Source: Scyliorhinus canicula (taxonomy: Eukaryota). From it: 64,000 nt of DNA. The first letter of the stretch is position 1. Each line of letters opens with the position of its first letter. A model generated the notes under the pieces. It was not told the origin of the DNA, searched no databases, and worked only from the letters and a program-made list of their open reading frames with translations. Shown in pieces: positions 1 through 11,718 of the stretch. Location of the stretch: assembly GCF_902713615.1 (NCBI RefSeq), contig NW_024055760.1:186001-250000 (forward strand), in the 5' to 3' direction. The translations under genes and the position numbers were made by a program.

Positions 1-495
1 GAAATGATATAATGAGGATCAGTGTGAGCTATTTCTGCATGACGCTCCCTGAATCCGGGACCCTCCTGTCCAATAACCTACCCGTCGGAGCAAATATACA
101 GCTTGCTTCCCCACTGCACTGGTAATCCAAACCAAAGTCGAAGAGGAAGCCACTTCAACAAGATGTTAATAACAAACGGCAGGCAATGTGGATCATAACA
201 AGAACAGCAAGGGGAGTTTGGGGCGGGGCTGTGGCTGGTTGCATCTACAATTTGCAGTTTACAACTGTGCGAAATGTATTACCACAGCGTCCCCTGGCGG
301 TTTCGTCTTTCATTTCGCTACTTCAAGAAGTTTGAAGCGTGTTGCATAATTATATTCAACAAGGGCAGCACGGTGTCCTATTTTTCTCGCAGTTGTAATT
401 AGTACATTTTGTCTGATATCACTGTTCCCACTAATGCTAAAATGGGACACTGGGGGGAATTGTGTGTTCCGCATTCTGCATTTTCCTGGAACATT

Positions 496-760
496 AACAT
501 AAGAACTAGGAGGAGGAGTAGGCCATCTGGCCCCTCGAGCCTGCTCCGCCATTCAATGAGATCATGGCTGATCTTTTGTGGACTCAGTTCCACTTTCCCG
601 CCCGAACACCATTGTCACTTATTCCTTTATTCTTCAAAAAACTATCTGTCTTTATCATGGAAAACATTCAATGAAGGAGCCTCAACTGCGTCACTGGGCA
701 GGGAATTCCATAGATTCACAAACCTTTGGGTGAAGAAGTTCGTCCTGAGTTCAGTCCTAA
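496..760 (-). mobile_element. CR1-type LINE, 3' end fragment
   Basis: Reverse complement of the CR1 3' end at ~8830-9103 (ggccatctggcccctcgagcctgctcc...; aacataagaac tail). Confidence 0.8.
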
Positions 761-936
761 CATTGTGGAGGGAGAACTGGGCTCCGAGACGCGGAAAGCG
801 GAGATTGGCTCACAGACAATCCTAAAGATTGAAAGGAGCCAAACAGACAGAGGGACGAACAGAGAACCGGAGATACAATAAAAGACAGACAGAGGGGGAA
901 AGGGCTACAACTAACATTGATTGGTGCCCAATTACT

Positions 937-1356
937 GACAGCACTGAGAGACCAGCCAATCATACCGACAGTACTGAGAGAGCAGCCAATCATGCCGACA
1001 GCACTGAGAGACCAGCCAATCATGCCGACAACACTGAGAGACCAGCGAATCATGCCGACAGCACTGAGAGACCAGCCAATCATGCCGACAGCACTGAGAG
1101 ACCAGCCAATCATGCCGACAGCACTGAGAGACCAGCCAATCATGCCGACAGCACTGAGAGACCAGCCAATCATGCCGACAGCACTGAGAGACCAGCCAAT
1201 CATGCCGACAGCACTGAGAGACCAGCCAATCATGCCGACAGCACTGAGAGACCAGCCAATCATACCGACAGCACTGAGGGACCAGCCAATCATGCCGACA
1301 GCACTGAGAGACCAGCCAATCATACCGACAGCACTGAGAGACCAGCCAATCATGCC
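937..1356 (+). repeat. 30-bp minisatellite, 14 units (GACAGCACTGAGAGACCAGCCAATCATGCC)
   Basis: Directly visible 30-bp period; 13 of 14 units retain CCAAT. Confidence 0.97.
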
Positions 1357-1489
1357 ATTGGACAACGCCCATTCGCTTCTCAATAAATAAAGCCTCACAA
1401 TGACCTGAGTTTACTTTTTCATGTCGGAGTGGATGTGTTGATATATTTTTTAAGTTTTGTGGCTTCTGTGAAATTTTGAAGCAGCTGGC

Positions 1490-1910
1490 ATGTTCTCCCG
1501 ATGTTCTTTACTAATTCTTCTCTTGCTACCTGGTGAGTTTCTGTTTAAATAGTCAGTGTCTGTCGCCAAGGTTCGCCACCAGATATTTAACAGATGCTGT
1601 AATTTGTTGCAGGAACCAATGGCAACGACGCAGTGTCGCAGAATCCATCTGAGTTAACCGTTCTGGAAGGACAGTCCGTAAAATTGGACTGCAGTTACTC
1701 GGCAGCTAGTAATCGTAATCTGTTTTGGTACATCCAGTCTCCCGGGAATGCTCCCAAATATTTATTCACGATATATAGCACGGGAAGTACGTCTCAAGGT
1801 TTATCAGGAAGATTTTCTGCCGTTTTACACAAAGGAAACAAAACAGTCCCTTTAAATATCGCCAGGGCGCTTCCCTCCGACAACGCAGTGTATTTCTGTG
1901 CCATGGAGCC
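1490..1910 (+). CDS. TCR alpha/delta-type V segment (leader exon 1490-1532, intron 1533-1612, V exon 1613-1910)
   Basis: Leader MFSRCSLLILLLLP-G with phase-1 gtgagt donor and ttgcag acceptor. V exon has C23 (LDCSY), W41 (LFWYIQ) and C104 (DNAVYFCAMEP), followed by an RSS. Confidence 0.92.
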
Positions 1911-1948
1911 CACACTGCTGCAGATATAGCGGGTGCCGCACAAAAACC
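1911..1948 (+). other. Recombination signal sequence (22-bp spacer)
   Basis: CACACTG 1911-1917, 22-nt spacer, ACAAAAACC 1940-1948. Confidence 0.9.
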
Positions 1949-2875
1949 CCACACTGACAGTTCCAGTTATTGCTCAGCAGAGGGCGCCCTCGCACTGATA
2001 GACAGAAACAAGTCCACAGCCTGTGGGGAGTCATAGAGCAATTAATAAATTAACAAAACACAACACAAAACAAAAACAATTGAGCAGGAACTGAAGTCTT
2101 ATATTAATAACTTCTAACCAGCATCCATGCTGAAATTAATTGAATAAATTAATTCATGGTGCGTTCACTCGCGTTCCAACTTGTCCGGATGCTTTGCCAA
2201 TTGTTTGAATGAATGTGCAGCCCTTTCTTCATTTTCACATTCCGTTTCTGGGTCCGTTTGACCACAACCGGTGCATCGTGTCCTTTTGCTCACAGTATGT
2301 TGCTGGCTTAGTCACGGTTCGCAGAAAATGAACACATTTCTCAAGGTAACAGGGAGGAACACGGGACCATTGGAGTTGGGGCAGGATGGTAAAGAATGTT
2401 GCAGAACAATGAGAAAACTGTTCATTTACCCGTGCGGCAATATCCAAGGACAAGTTATTAGGAAACATTATCGGAGAATTAAACTGTCAAACTATCACGG
2501 GAATGTGAATTTTGTTGAAAAGGAGGAAATGTAACCTTATTTTCAGTTATGACGATATAATCTTTAACCTCTGTTACTGACGTTCATTAGTTTTTCACAT
2601 TATTTCATTTATTTTTCACAGTATTTTGATTAATGTTCTGTGCGATTCCTGTACGTTTTAGTTTTCCCTTTATCACGCACGTAATCTCGTTCGCCTGTTT
2701 GTTCCTCATTTATCCCTGTCTATTTCCAACGTTCTTCAACTCTGATCCGATTTAAATCTTTCCCACTTGATTTTCGAGCTTTTGCACTCATTCCCCAGTA
2801 CTTGTATTATTATTACTGCGCCAATCACACCGCCGATTCTCCGAGCTCAGTAGAGCAGTGCTCCCACTCAGTGTA

Positions 2876-2914
2876 GGTTTCTGTACGAGCTCTCCATCTA
2901 CTTGTGATGCTGTG
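2876..2914 (-). other. Recombination signal sequence (23-bp spacer)
   Basis: Minus strand: CACAGCA, 23-nt spacer, ACAGAAACC. Confidence 0.9.
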
Positions 2915-3247
2915 CCTCACGGCGCAGAGATAGGTGGCAGTGTCGGTAACTCGGGCTTCTCTCACAGTCAGGACACTGAGTTTGCTTTCTCCCCCGATTG
3001 AGGCAGTGATCCTCCCGTGTTGATCGGTTTCTCTTGTGGCCAGCACTAGATGCTGGGGTGGCTGATTTGGCTGCTGTCTGTACCAACGCACGGTGTTCAT
3101 CAAAGCGGTGCTGGTGCAGTTCATGGACACGATTCCCGCTTCATGAACACCCATCCGCCGAGGGAGCTGCAGCAGCGGATCTTCTCCAGTCTCCACGGTG
3201 CAGATCAGAGTGAAAAACAGCAAAGAGACTCTGTAAACTCGGACCAT
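2915..3247 (-). CDS. TCR alpha/delta-type V segment, single exon (leader contiguous with V)
   Basis: Open frame MVRVYRVSLLFFTLICTVETG-EDPLLQ...MNC...WYRQQP...DTATYLCAVR with no intron, directly followed by a 23-RSS. Confidence 0.88.
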
Positions 3248-3610
3248 TATTAAATCACCTGAAATGTCGGCTGAACCTATTGTTAAGTTTGTTCAGGTTA
3301 GAACCAGATATTAGATTCAGAAGAACTAACAAGAAGCCAAAGGCCCGCTTCAGAGGTGTCGTTTTGTCGAACAAAAGAGAAAAACACTTCCTGCTTGAGG
3401 TTTTAAACTAACAGCTGCCCACAGTGCTTCTGAGTTCACATTGGGCCGCCCATATTCAATGTTCCTCACTGCTTCGCACTGACCTCTGGTGGTGTCTACT
3501 GCTGCAAGTACACATGGCGAATCCCACCCAAGGTGTCCAAATAATAGCTGCAAACACAAAAATAACCGTTCCCGCCTTCCTACCCCGCCGGAGGGTGGGG
3601 ATGTGGGAGT

Positions 3611-4716
3611 ACATAGAACATAGAACATAGGAACGATACAGCGCAGTACAGGCCCTTCGGCCCTCGATGTTGCACCGGACATGGAAAAATCTAAAGGCCA
3701 TCTAACCTACACTATGCCCTTATCATCCATATGCTTATCCAATAAATTTTTAAATGCCCTCAAGTGGCATGGTTCACTACTGTTGCAGGTAGGGCCATTC
3801 CACGGCCTCACACTCTTTGCGTAAAAAACCCACCTCGGGACCTCTGTCCTATATCTATTACCCTCAATTTAAGGCTATGTCCCCCTCGTGCTAGCCACCT
3901 CCATCCGCGGGGAGAAGGCTCTCGCTGTCCACCCTATCTAACCCTCTGATCATTTTGTATGCCTCTATTAAGTCACCTCTTAACCTTCTTCCTCTCCTAA
4001 CGAAAACAACCTCAAGTCCATCCGCCTTTCCTCATAAGATTTTCCCTCCATACCAGGCAACATCCTGGTAAATCTCCTCTGCACCCGTTCCAAAGCTTCA
4101 CGTCCTTCCTATAATGAGGCGACCAGAACTGTACGCAATACTCCAAATGCGGCCGTACTAGAGTTTGTACAACTGCAACATGACCTCATGGCTCCGGAAC
4201 TCAATCCCTCTACCAATAAAGGCCAACACACCATAGGCCTTCTTCACAACCCTATCAACCTGGGTGGCAACTTTCAGGGATCTATGTACATGGACACCGA
4301 GATCCCTCTGCTCATCCACACTACCAAGAATTTTACCATTAGCCAAATATTCCGCATTTCTGTTATTCTTTCCAAAGTGAATCACCTCACACTTCTCCAC
4401 AATTAGACTCCATTTGCCACCTCTCAGCCCAGCTCTGCAGCTTATCTATGTCCCTCTGTAACTGCAACATCCTTCCGCACTTGTCTACAACTCCACCGAC
4501 TTTAGTGTCGTCTGCAATTTACTCCACCATCCTTCTGCGCCTCCTCTAGGTCATTTATAAAAATGACAACAGCACACGCCCCAGAACAGATCCTTGTGGT
4601 ACGCCACTCGTACTGAACTCCATTCTGAACATTTCTATCAACTACCACTCTCTGTCTTCTTTCAAACTAGCCAATTTCTGATCCACATCTCTAAATCACC
4701 CTCAATCCCCAGCCTC
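3611..4716 (-). mobile_element. CR1 LINE, 5'-truncated and degraded
   Basis: (catagaa)n tail at ~3611; RT C-terminal ORF remnant 4158-4400 (KCEVIHFG...DLGVHVHRSLKV). Confidence 0.9.
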
Positions 4717-4744
4717 CGGAGTAGGGTAGGAACCTGATCCTGAT

Positions 4745-5100
4745 CGCAGTTCACAATATTATGAAGGCCATAGATCGGGTGGATAGCAAGACGGTTTTCA
4801 CGTAGAAACGGGGGCATTAATCAAGGTGCCATCGATATCAGTAAGTGGCAGGAAAGTTAGGCGGATGTGAGGAAAAACTCTCACTCAGAGGGTTGTTGGA
4901 ATCTGGAACTCGCTGCTTGCAAGGGTGGGAGAGGCAGAACTCTCGCTACATTAAAAAAAAACAGTTCGATGAGAACTTGAAACACCAGAACATACAAGTC
5001 TGCGGACCAAGTGCTTTTAAAATGGGGTTAGAATACACAGTGCTCGTTGGCCGGCTCAAACCTGATGGGCTGAAGGGCCGCTTCTTTTCTGTAAAATTCT
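4745..5100 (+). mobile_element. Degraded CR1 3' fragment
   Basis: actcagagggttgttggaatctggaactcgctg and ctgatgggctgaagggcc resemble the CR1 3' regions elsewhere in the window. Confidence 0.55.
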
Positions 5101-6321
5101 CTGACACTTCCAGCCTCCCTGATCTACCTCTCTTATTCTTGGTGGTTCGACATCGGAATTTCAACTGAAACAGCAACGATTTCTTTTGATGCCCCTCCCA
5201 CATTCTGGAAGACGTTTATTCCACACTTACCATTCGAACCATGACAAGAACCCAGATATTAGTTCCAAAGTCTCAGTTTATGATTTGAATCCGTGTGCTT
5301 TCCCACACGGGTGCAGTGCGAACTGTATTGTGTGATATTTATAAGCCACCAACAGTGGCATTGCATAAGAATCAATTAGGTTGAATGTCATAACAACCCT
5401 ATTGATGTTAAAATAACATCCTTTTTTTCCGCACTGCCCGCCAGTTACTTTTTTCTGAAGAAAGTTACTGATCGCTTGCTGCTGGAAATCGTTCCTGCAC
5501 TTACTCCAATGCTGCTCTCTGGTGGTGCTGACAAGGAACTGCAAGATACAGATTCCAATAATTTTAACCATCGAGAGTCAAGATTGCCTTGAACATGTTG
5601 CGATCCTAAATTCACCAGCAGTTTTGTTTATGCTTTCTCTTTTCCTTCTGGGTGACACCTGGCAGTGATGAATCTACTTATCATGAGTACATCTCCGCCA
5701 GAATTGCTAATTTACTTGTCACACGACCACATCTTTTCCTTGGACCACCATTTCCCGCCTTCCACTGAATTACACACCTGCCGTTTTACTCTTTCTGCCC
5801 TTTACCTGCCACTATTCATCTTTAAAACCTCTCACCGCTGTAAAGTTTTCCTTCTGTTCTCATAAAGATGATCCTTTAAAATGTTTACATTACATCTCTC
5901 TTCAAAACCGTTGCCATTCCGGCTGAGTATCGCTTGACTTTCCGCTCACATTTCAGACACTCTACAACTCCTTATGTGTCCCAGTTCATTTGATTAGCTG
6001 AACTTTGTTGGAATAAGGAAGATGAAGACCATGCGGCCAATTTTGTATCAATCATTTGGAGATGTTTCAACTCCCTCACCGAATGTTCCTCCAAATATCT
6101 CCTTAAACAATTCAGGGGTCGGGTCATCTTCAATTCACCCTGAAATTAATTTCACACATTCAGCACTCTCTGTGATTAAGAGGTATTTCCTATTATCCTA
6201 TAATTGTATTGTGTGCTTTTAACCCGTGTCAAGGTGTATTTCGGAACCATTACATTTAGAGTAAAATTGGGGGATATATTTTTAATACGTGATGTTGGTG
6301 CAGGTTTCAGTCGGGCAATTA

Positions 6322-7925
6322 GAACATAGAACATAGAACATAGAACACTACAGCGCAGTACGGGCCCTTCGGCCCTCGATGTTGCGCCGACCTGTGAAAC
6401 CATCTGAAGCCTATCTGACCTACACTATTCCATTTTCATCCATATGTCTATCCAGTGACCACTTAAATGCCCTTAAAGTTGGCGAGTCTACTACTGTTGC
6501 AGGCAGGGCGTTCCACACCCCTACTACTCTCTGAGTAAAGAAACTGCCTCTGACATCTGCCCTATATCTCTCACCCCTCAATTTAAAGCTATGTCCCCTC
6601 GTGTTGGTCATCACCATCCGAGGAAAAAGACTCTCACTGTCCACCCTATCTAACCCTCTGACTATCTTATATGTCTCTATTAAGTCACCTCTCAGCCTTC
6701 TCCTCTCTAACGAAAACAACCTCAATTCCCTGAGCCTTTCCTCGTAAGACCTTCCCTCCATACCAGGCAACATCCTAGTAAATCTCCTCTGAACCCTTTC
6801 CAAAGCTTCCACATCCTTCCTATAATGTGGTGACCAGAACTGCACGCAGTACTCCAGGTGTGGCCGCACCAGAGTTATGTACAGCTGTAGCATGACCCTG
6901 TGGTTCCGAAACTCAATCCCCCCTGCTTATAAAGGCTAGCACACCATATGCCTTCTTAACAGCCCTATTAACCTGGGTGGCAACTTTCAAGGATTTATGT
7001 ACCTGGATGCCGAGATCTCTCTGTTCATCTACACTACCAAGAATCTTGCCATTAGCCCAGTACTCTGCATTCCTGTACTCCTTCCAAAGTGAACCACCTC
7101 ACACTTTTCCGCATTAAACTCCATCTGCACCTCTCAGCCCAGCTCTGCAGCTTATCTATGTCCTCTGTATCCTATAACATCCTTCAGCACTATCCACAAC
7201 TCCACCGACCTTCGTGTCATCTGCAAATTTACTAACCCATCCTTCTACACCCTCTTCCAGGTCATTTATAAAAATGACAAACAGCAGTGGCCCCAAAACA
7301 GATCCTTGCGGTACACCACTAGTAACTGAACTCCAGGATGAACATTTGCCATCAACCACCACCCTCTGTCTTCTTTCAGCTAGCCAATTACTGATCCAAA
7401 CGCTAAATCACCTTCAATTCCATACTTCCTTATTTTCTGCAATAGCCTACCGTGGGGAACCTTATCAAACGCCTTACTGAAATCCATATACACCACATCA
7501 ACAGCTTTACCCTGATCCACCTGTTTGGTCACCTTCTCAAAAAACTCAATAAGGTTTGTGAGACATGACCTACCCTTCACAAAACCGTGTTGAGTATCGC
7601 TAATCAACTTGTTCTTTTCAAGATGATTATAAACCCTATCTCTTATAACCTTTTCCAACATTTTACCCACAACCGAAGTAAGGCTCACAGGTCTATAATT
7701 ACCAGGGTTGTCTCTACTCCCCTTCTTGAACAAGGGGACAACATTTGCTATCCTCCAGTCTTCCGGCACTATTCCTGTCGACAAAGACGACATAAATATC
7801 AAGGACAAAGGCTCTGCAATCTCCTCCCTGGCTTCCCAGAGAATCCTAGGATAAATCCCATCTGGCCCAGGGGACTTATCTATTTTGACATTTTCTAAAA
7901 TTGCTAACACCTCCTCCTTTTGAAC
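6322..7925 (-). mobile_element. CR1 LINE, 5'-truncated ORF2 (RT) fragment
   Basis: ORFs 7380-7910 (KSPGPDGIYP...NYRPVSLTS...QHGFVKGRSC...DFSKAFDKV), 7156-7362 (VPQGSVLGP...FADD) and 6420-6893; (agaacat)n tail. Confidence 0.95.
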
Positions 7926-8329
7926 CTACAAACATATACAATCAGCGAGTCACAATGCCTGGAAACTGGCCTCTTTGGATGATTTATTGCACAGAAAGAA
8001 GAAAGGTGTCATTGAGACCTAAAGTGAGGAGAGCTCGATCATTACTATCGATCACACACTGCATAAGATAACGGCGCCCGTTATAGGACGTCCCACCATT
8101 TCCCTTTGACTCGCCTGACCTCAGCTCTGGTAGTGAAGATATCGCTATCCCTATTCCCTGATTGCCATCGCTGTTGGGTTATAAGTACTGTTGGTGGAGT
8201 CTGTACTTGCTGTAGAGGAGTTCTTGTCAAACAGACAATGGGCGCGATATGGGGAATCACCTCTTACTATTCCTGGTGACTCTCTGACATCGCAGTGAGT
8301 AAGTCCTTCCGAGATAACGGGATTATTAT

Positions 8330-9103
8330 TTAAATGATAAAATATTAAAGCATGCTGCTGTGCAGAGAGACCTGGGTGTACTGGTGCATGAGTCACAGGA
8401 AGTTGGTTTACAGGTGTAACAGGTGATTAAGAAGGCGAATGGAGTTTTGTCCTTCATTGCTAGAGGGATGGAGTTTAAGACTAGGGAGGCTATGCTGCAA
8501 TTGTATAAGGTGTTAGTGAGACCACACCTAGAGTATTGTTTTCAGTTTTGGTCTCCTTACTTGAGAAAGGACGTACTGGCACTGGAGGGTGTGCAGAGGA
8601 GATTCAGGAGGTTAATCCCAGATCTGAAGGGGTTGGATTAGGAGGAGAGGTTGAGTAGACTGGGACTATACTCGTTGGAATTTTGAAGGATGGGCCGGGG
8701 GGGGGGGGGGGGGGGGTCTTATAGAAACATATAAAATTATGAAAGGAATAGATAGGATAGATGCGGGCAAGTTGTTTCCACTGTCGGGTGAAAGCAGAAC
8801 GAGGGGCATAGCCTCAAAATAAGGGGAAGTAGATTTAGGACTGAGTTTAGGAGGAACGTCTTCACCCAAAGGGTTGTGAATCTATGGAATTCATTGCCCA
8901 GTGAAGCAGCTGAGGCTCCTTCATTAAATGTTTTAAGATAAAGATAGATAGTTTTTTGAAGAATAAAGGAATTAAGGGTTATGGTTTTCGGGCCGGAAAG
9001 TGGAGCTGAGTCCACAAAAGATCAGGCATGATCTCATTGAATGGTGGAGCAGGCTCGAGGGGCCAGATGGCCTACTCCTGCTCCTAGTTCTTATGTTCTT
9101 ATA
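8330..9103 (+). mobile_element. CR1 LINE 3' fragment
   Basis: ORF 8423-8641 (KANGVLSFIARG...RPHLEYC); ttcttatgttcttat tail. Confidence 0.9.
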
Positions 9104-9264
9104 ATGTCCGCTTTCCTTTTGATCGTTCTCAACAATCTATTAATGTTCGCAAAATGGTAGTAATGACAGTAATGGTGTATTAAAAGCATTTTAATTTTTC
9201 TCTTATTCCATACCTGTTTTGAATCTGAGTTTTGAACACCCGACTGGTTGATCGTTCCAGAAGA

Positions 9265-9960
9265 CCATAAGACATAGGAACATAATTCGCCCATTCGGCC
9301 CATCCAGCCTGCCGCGCCATTCGATCATGGCTGATATCTTTCTCATCCCCATTCTCCTGCCTTTTCCCCATAAGCTCTGATCCCCCTATTAATCAAGAAC
9401 CTATCTACATCTGTCTTAAAGACACTCAGCTATTTGGCCTCCACAGCCTTCTGCGACCAAGAGTTCCACAGATGCACACTCCTCTGGCTGAAATAATTTT
9501 CCTCATCTCAGTTTCAAAGGATCGTCCCTTCAGTCTTAGGCTGTGCCCTCGGGTACTAGTTTTTCCTACTGTTGAAAACATCCCCCCACGTCCACTCTAT
9601 CCAAGCCTCTCCGGATCCTGTAGGTTTAAATAAGTCCTCAACCGCTCTTCATATTACAAGCTCTTCATTTCAGGGATCATTCTTATGAACCTGCCCTGCA
9701 CTCTTTCCAAGGCCAGAACATCTGTCCTTAGCCACGGGGCCCAAAACTACTCACAGTACTCCAAATGGGGTCTCACGAGGGTCTCATGCAGTCCCAGAGT
9801 ACATCCCTGCTCTTGTACTGTAGCCCTCTCGACATGAATGGTAACATTGCATTTGCCTTCTTAACTGCCGACTGAATTTGCACGTTAACCTTGAGAGAAT
9901 ATTGAATTTGGACCCTTTGTGCTACTGACGTCCTCAGCCGTTTCCCATTTAGAAACTACT
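9265..9960 (-). mobile_element. Degraded CR1 LINE 3' fragment
   Basis: cataagacatagg tail and degraded similarity to the other CR1 copies. Confidence 0.7.
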
Positions 9961-10231
9961 CCTCTGTAGAACATCTTTTTCAGATCAGGCAAGGAGATTC
10001 TATCACTCAGCCGCCGTTCTCAGGCATTGTGATATACGAAGAAGCGGTGCTGACTTACAGTTATAAAAAAAAACAGTTAAATCCTTGGAAACAAACTCTT
10101 GCTGCTTTGCACGACAGAAGCTCTTCCTGCCAAAGTCTGTTATAAATCTATCAACTGTGAAGACCTAAACGAAACAATTATTCATACAATCAGCCATTTT
10201 TAGGTGTCAATTTACGATTTCATCTGTATCT

Positions 10232-10460
10232 GCAGTTTGTTTTTAAAATTTAGAATAACCAATTATTTTTTCCAATTAAGGGGCAATTTAGCGTCGCCAA
10301 TCCACCTAACCTGCACATCTTTGGGTTGTGGGGGTGAAACCCACGCAGACACGGGAAGAACGTGCAAACTCCACACGGATAGTGACCCAGGGTCGGGATT
10401 CAAACCCAGGTCCTCAGCGCCGTAAGCAGCAATGCTAACCACTGTGCCACCATGCTGCCC
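10232..10460 (-). mobile_element. tRNA-derived V-SINE (HE1-like)
   Basis: On minus: gggcagcatggtggcacagtggttagc...ggtttgaatccc head (A and B boxes) and the ttctt/ccccgtgtctgcgtgggtttc central domain. Confidence 0.85.
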
Positions 10461-10733
10461 CCTCTGTATCTGTAGTTAATAGTCACAAATTACCCCGAAC
10501 GCCCACTTTGTCTGCATTAGTTGTATACTGTTTACAAGCACTCACCACCAGGAGGCAGGAGCAGGTTAGTTCTGTTCATGGTTTCATGGTCGGAACGGTT
10601 ACAGATTGGGTGCTTTATAAAAAGTGGTTAATGACAATGAACATCGTTGCCCATTTCTACCTGCCTTTGAGAAGGTGGTGGTGAACTTCCTCCTTGAACC
10701 ACTGCATTCCATGTGTATATGTACACGCATAGT

Positions 10734-10895
10734 GTTGTAAGTGAGGTACACCCATACAGTTGTAAGTGAGGTACACCCATACTGTTGTAAGTGAGGTACA
10801 CCCATACTGTTGTAAGTGAGATACGCCCATACAGTTGTAAGTGAGGTACACCCATACAGTTGTAAGTGAGGTACACCCATACTGTTGTAAGTGAG
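10734..10895 (+). repeat. 25-bp minisatellite, ~6.5 units (GTTGTAAGTGAGGTACACCCATACW), inside a LINE fragment
   Basis: Direct 25-bp period visible. Confidence 0.92.
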
Positions 10896-10939
10896 CGTGT
10901 TCCCGGGATTTGATCCAGCAATAAGTGTGAGGATATCCA

Positions 10940-11718
10940 TTTTGGCCGACAAAATAGGTAAGCAAATTATTATTTAAAAGGAAAGCAGATTCAATATGCG
11001 ACTGGGCAGCGGGACCTGAGTGCCTTTGTGCATGAATCGTAGAAAGTCAGTATGCAGGTACAGCATGTAATTAAAAAGATAAATGGAATGTTTGTGTTTA
11101 TTGCAAAAGGACTGGAGTATAAAAGTACAGAAGTGTTGTTGCAATTGTGCAGGGTGTTGGAGAGAGCACAGCTGGAGTATTGTGTCCAGTTTTGGTCTCC
11201 TTATTTGAGGAAGGATGTGGTGTCCTTGGAGGCAGTTCACAGGAGGTTCACCAGATTGATTCCAGGGATGAAAGGGTTGACGTATGAGGAGAGATCAAAC
11301 AGTTTGGGCTTATACTCGCTGGAGTTCAGAATCTCTTCGAGGTATTTACAATCCTAAAGGGGATTGATAAATTAAACTTAGACGAAATGTCCCCCCTTGT
11401 GGGACAATTTAGAACGAGACGTCACAGATATAGGTTGAGATGTGGAGTTGAGATGAGGAGGAATTGCATCTCCAGAGTGTGATGAATTTGTGGAACTCGC
11501 TGCCCAACAGTGCGGTGGAGTCTGAGTCATTAAATGTTTTCAAGAAGGATGTATATATATTTCTGATTTTAAAAATGGGTTAACGGGATATGGGAACAGG
11601 TGGGGAGTTGGATTTGAGTCCAGGAACAGATCAGCCATGATCTGATTGAATAGCAGAGCAGGCTCGAAGGGCTGAATTGCTTATGACTGCTGCTAATTCC
11701 TGTGTTCCTATGTCCTAA
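10940..11718 (+). mobile_element. CR1 LINE 3' fragment
   Basis: ORF 11052-11357 (IAKGLEYKS...[10 protein letters not shown]); cctgtgttcctatg tail. Confidence 0.88.

Larger units (their letters stand above)
8249..10100 (+). pseudogene. Possible fragmented V pseudogene: leader remnant 8249-8294 and V-exon remnant ~9984-10100, split by two CR1 insertions
   Basis: MGNHLLLFLVTL*HR followed by a phase-1 gtgagt donor. Downstream ttttcag acceptor then QGDSITQPP...VLTYSY...W, resembling FR1 of the 16530 V (GDSVTQ). Pairing of the two pieces is inferred. Confidence 0.4.

Noticed and set aside
757-1398. Long repetitive ORFs in several frames (e.g. HADSTERPAN repeats)
   Set aside because: By-product of a stop-free 30-bp minisatellite; no evidence of coding.
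2809-2835. TATTACTGCGCC..CACAC on + resembling a V 3' end (YYCA plus heptamer)
   Set aside because: No upstream V framework and no nonamer at 12 or 23 nt.
5278-5571. Minus-strand ORF with hydrophobic N-terminus and a gtaagt donor-like site
   Set aside because: No Ig motifs, no downstream V exon or RSS identified.
10546-10579. Short minus-strand leader-like exon MNRTNLLLPPG-G|gtgagt
   Set aside because: Hydrophobic core too short and no V exon found downstream.
937-10895. CRISPR-like reading of the 30-bp and 25-bp repeats
   Set aside because: Head-to-tail repeats with no unique spacers, no cas genes, and vertebrate context.
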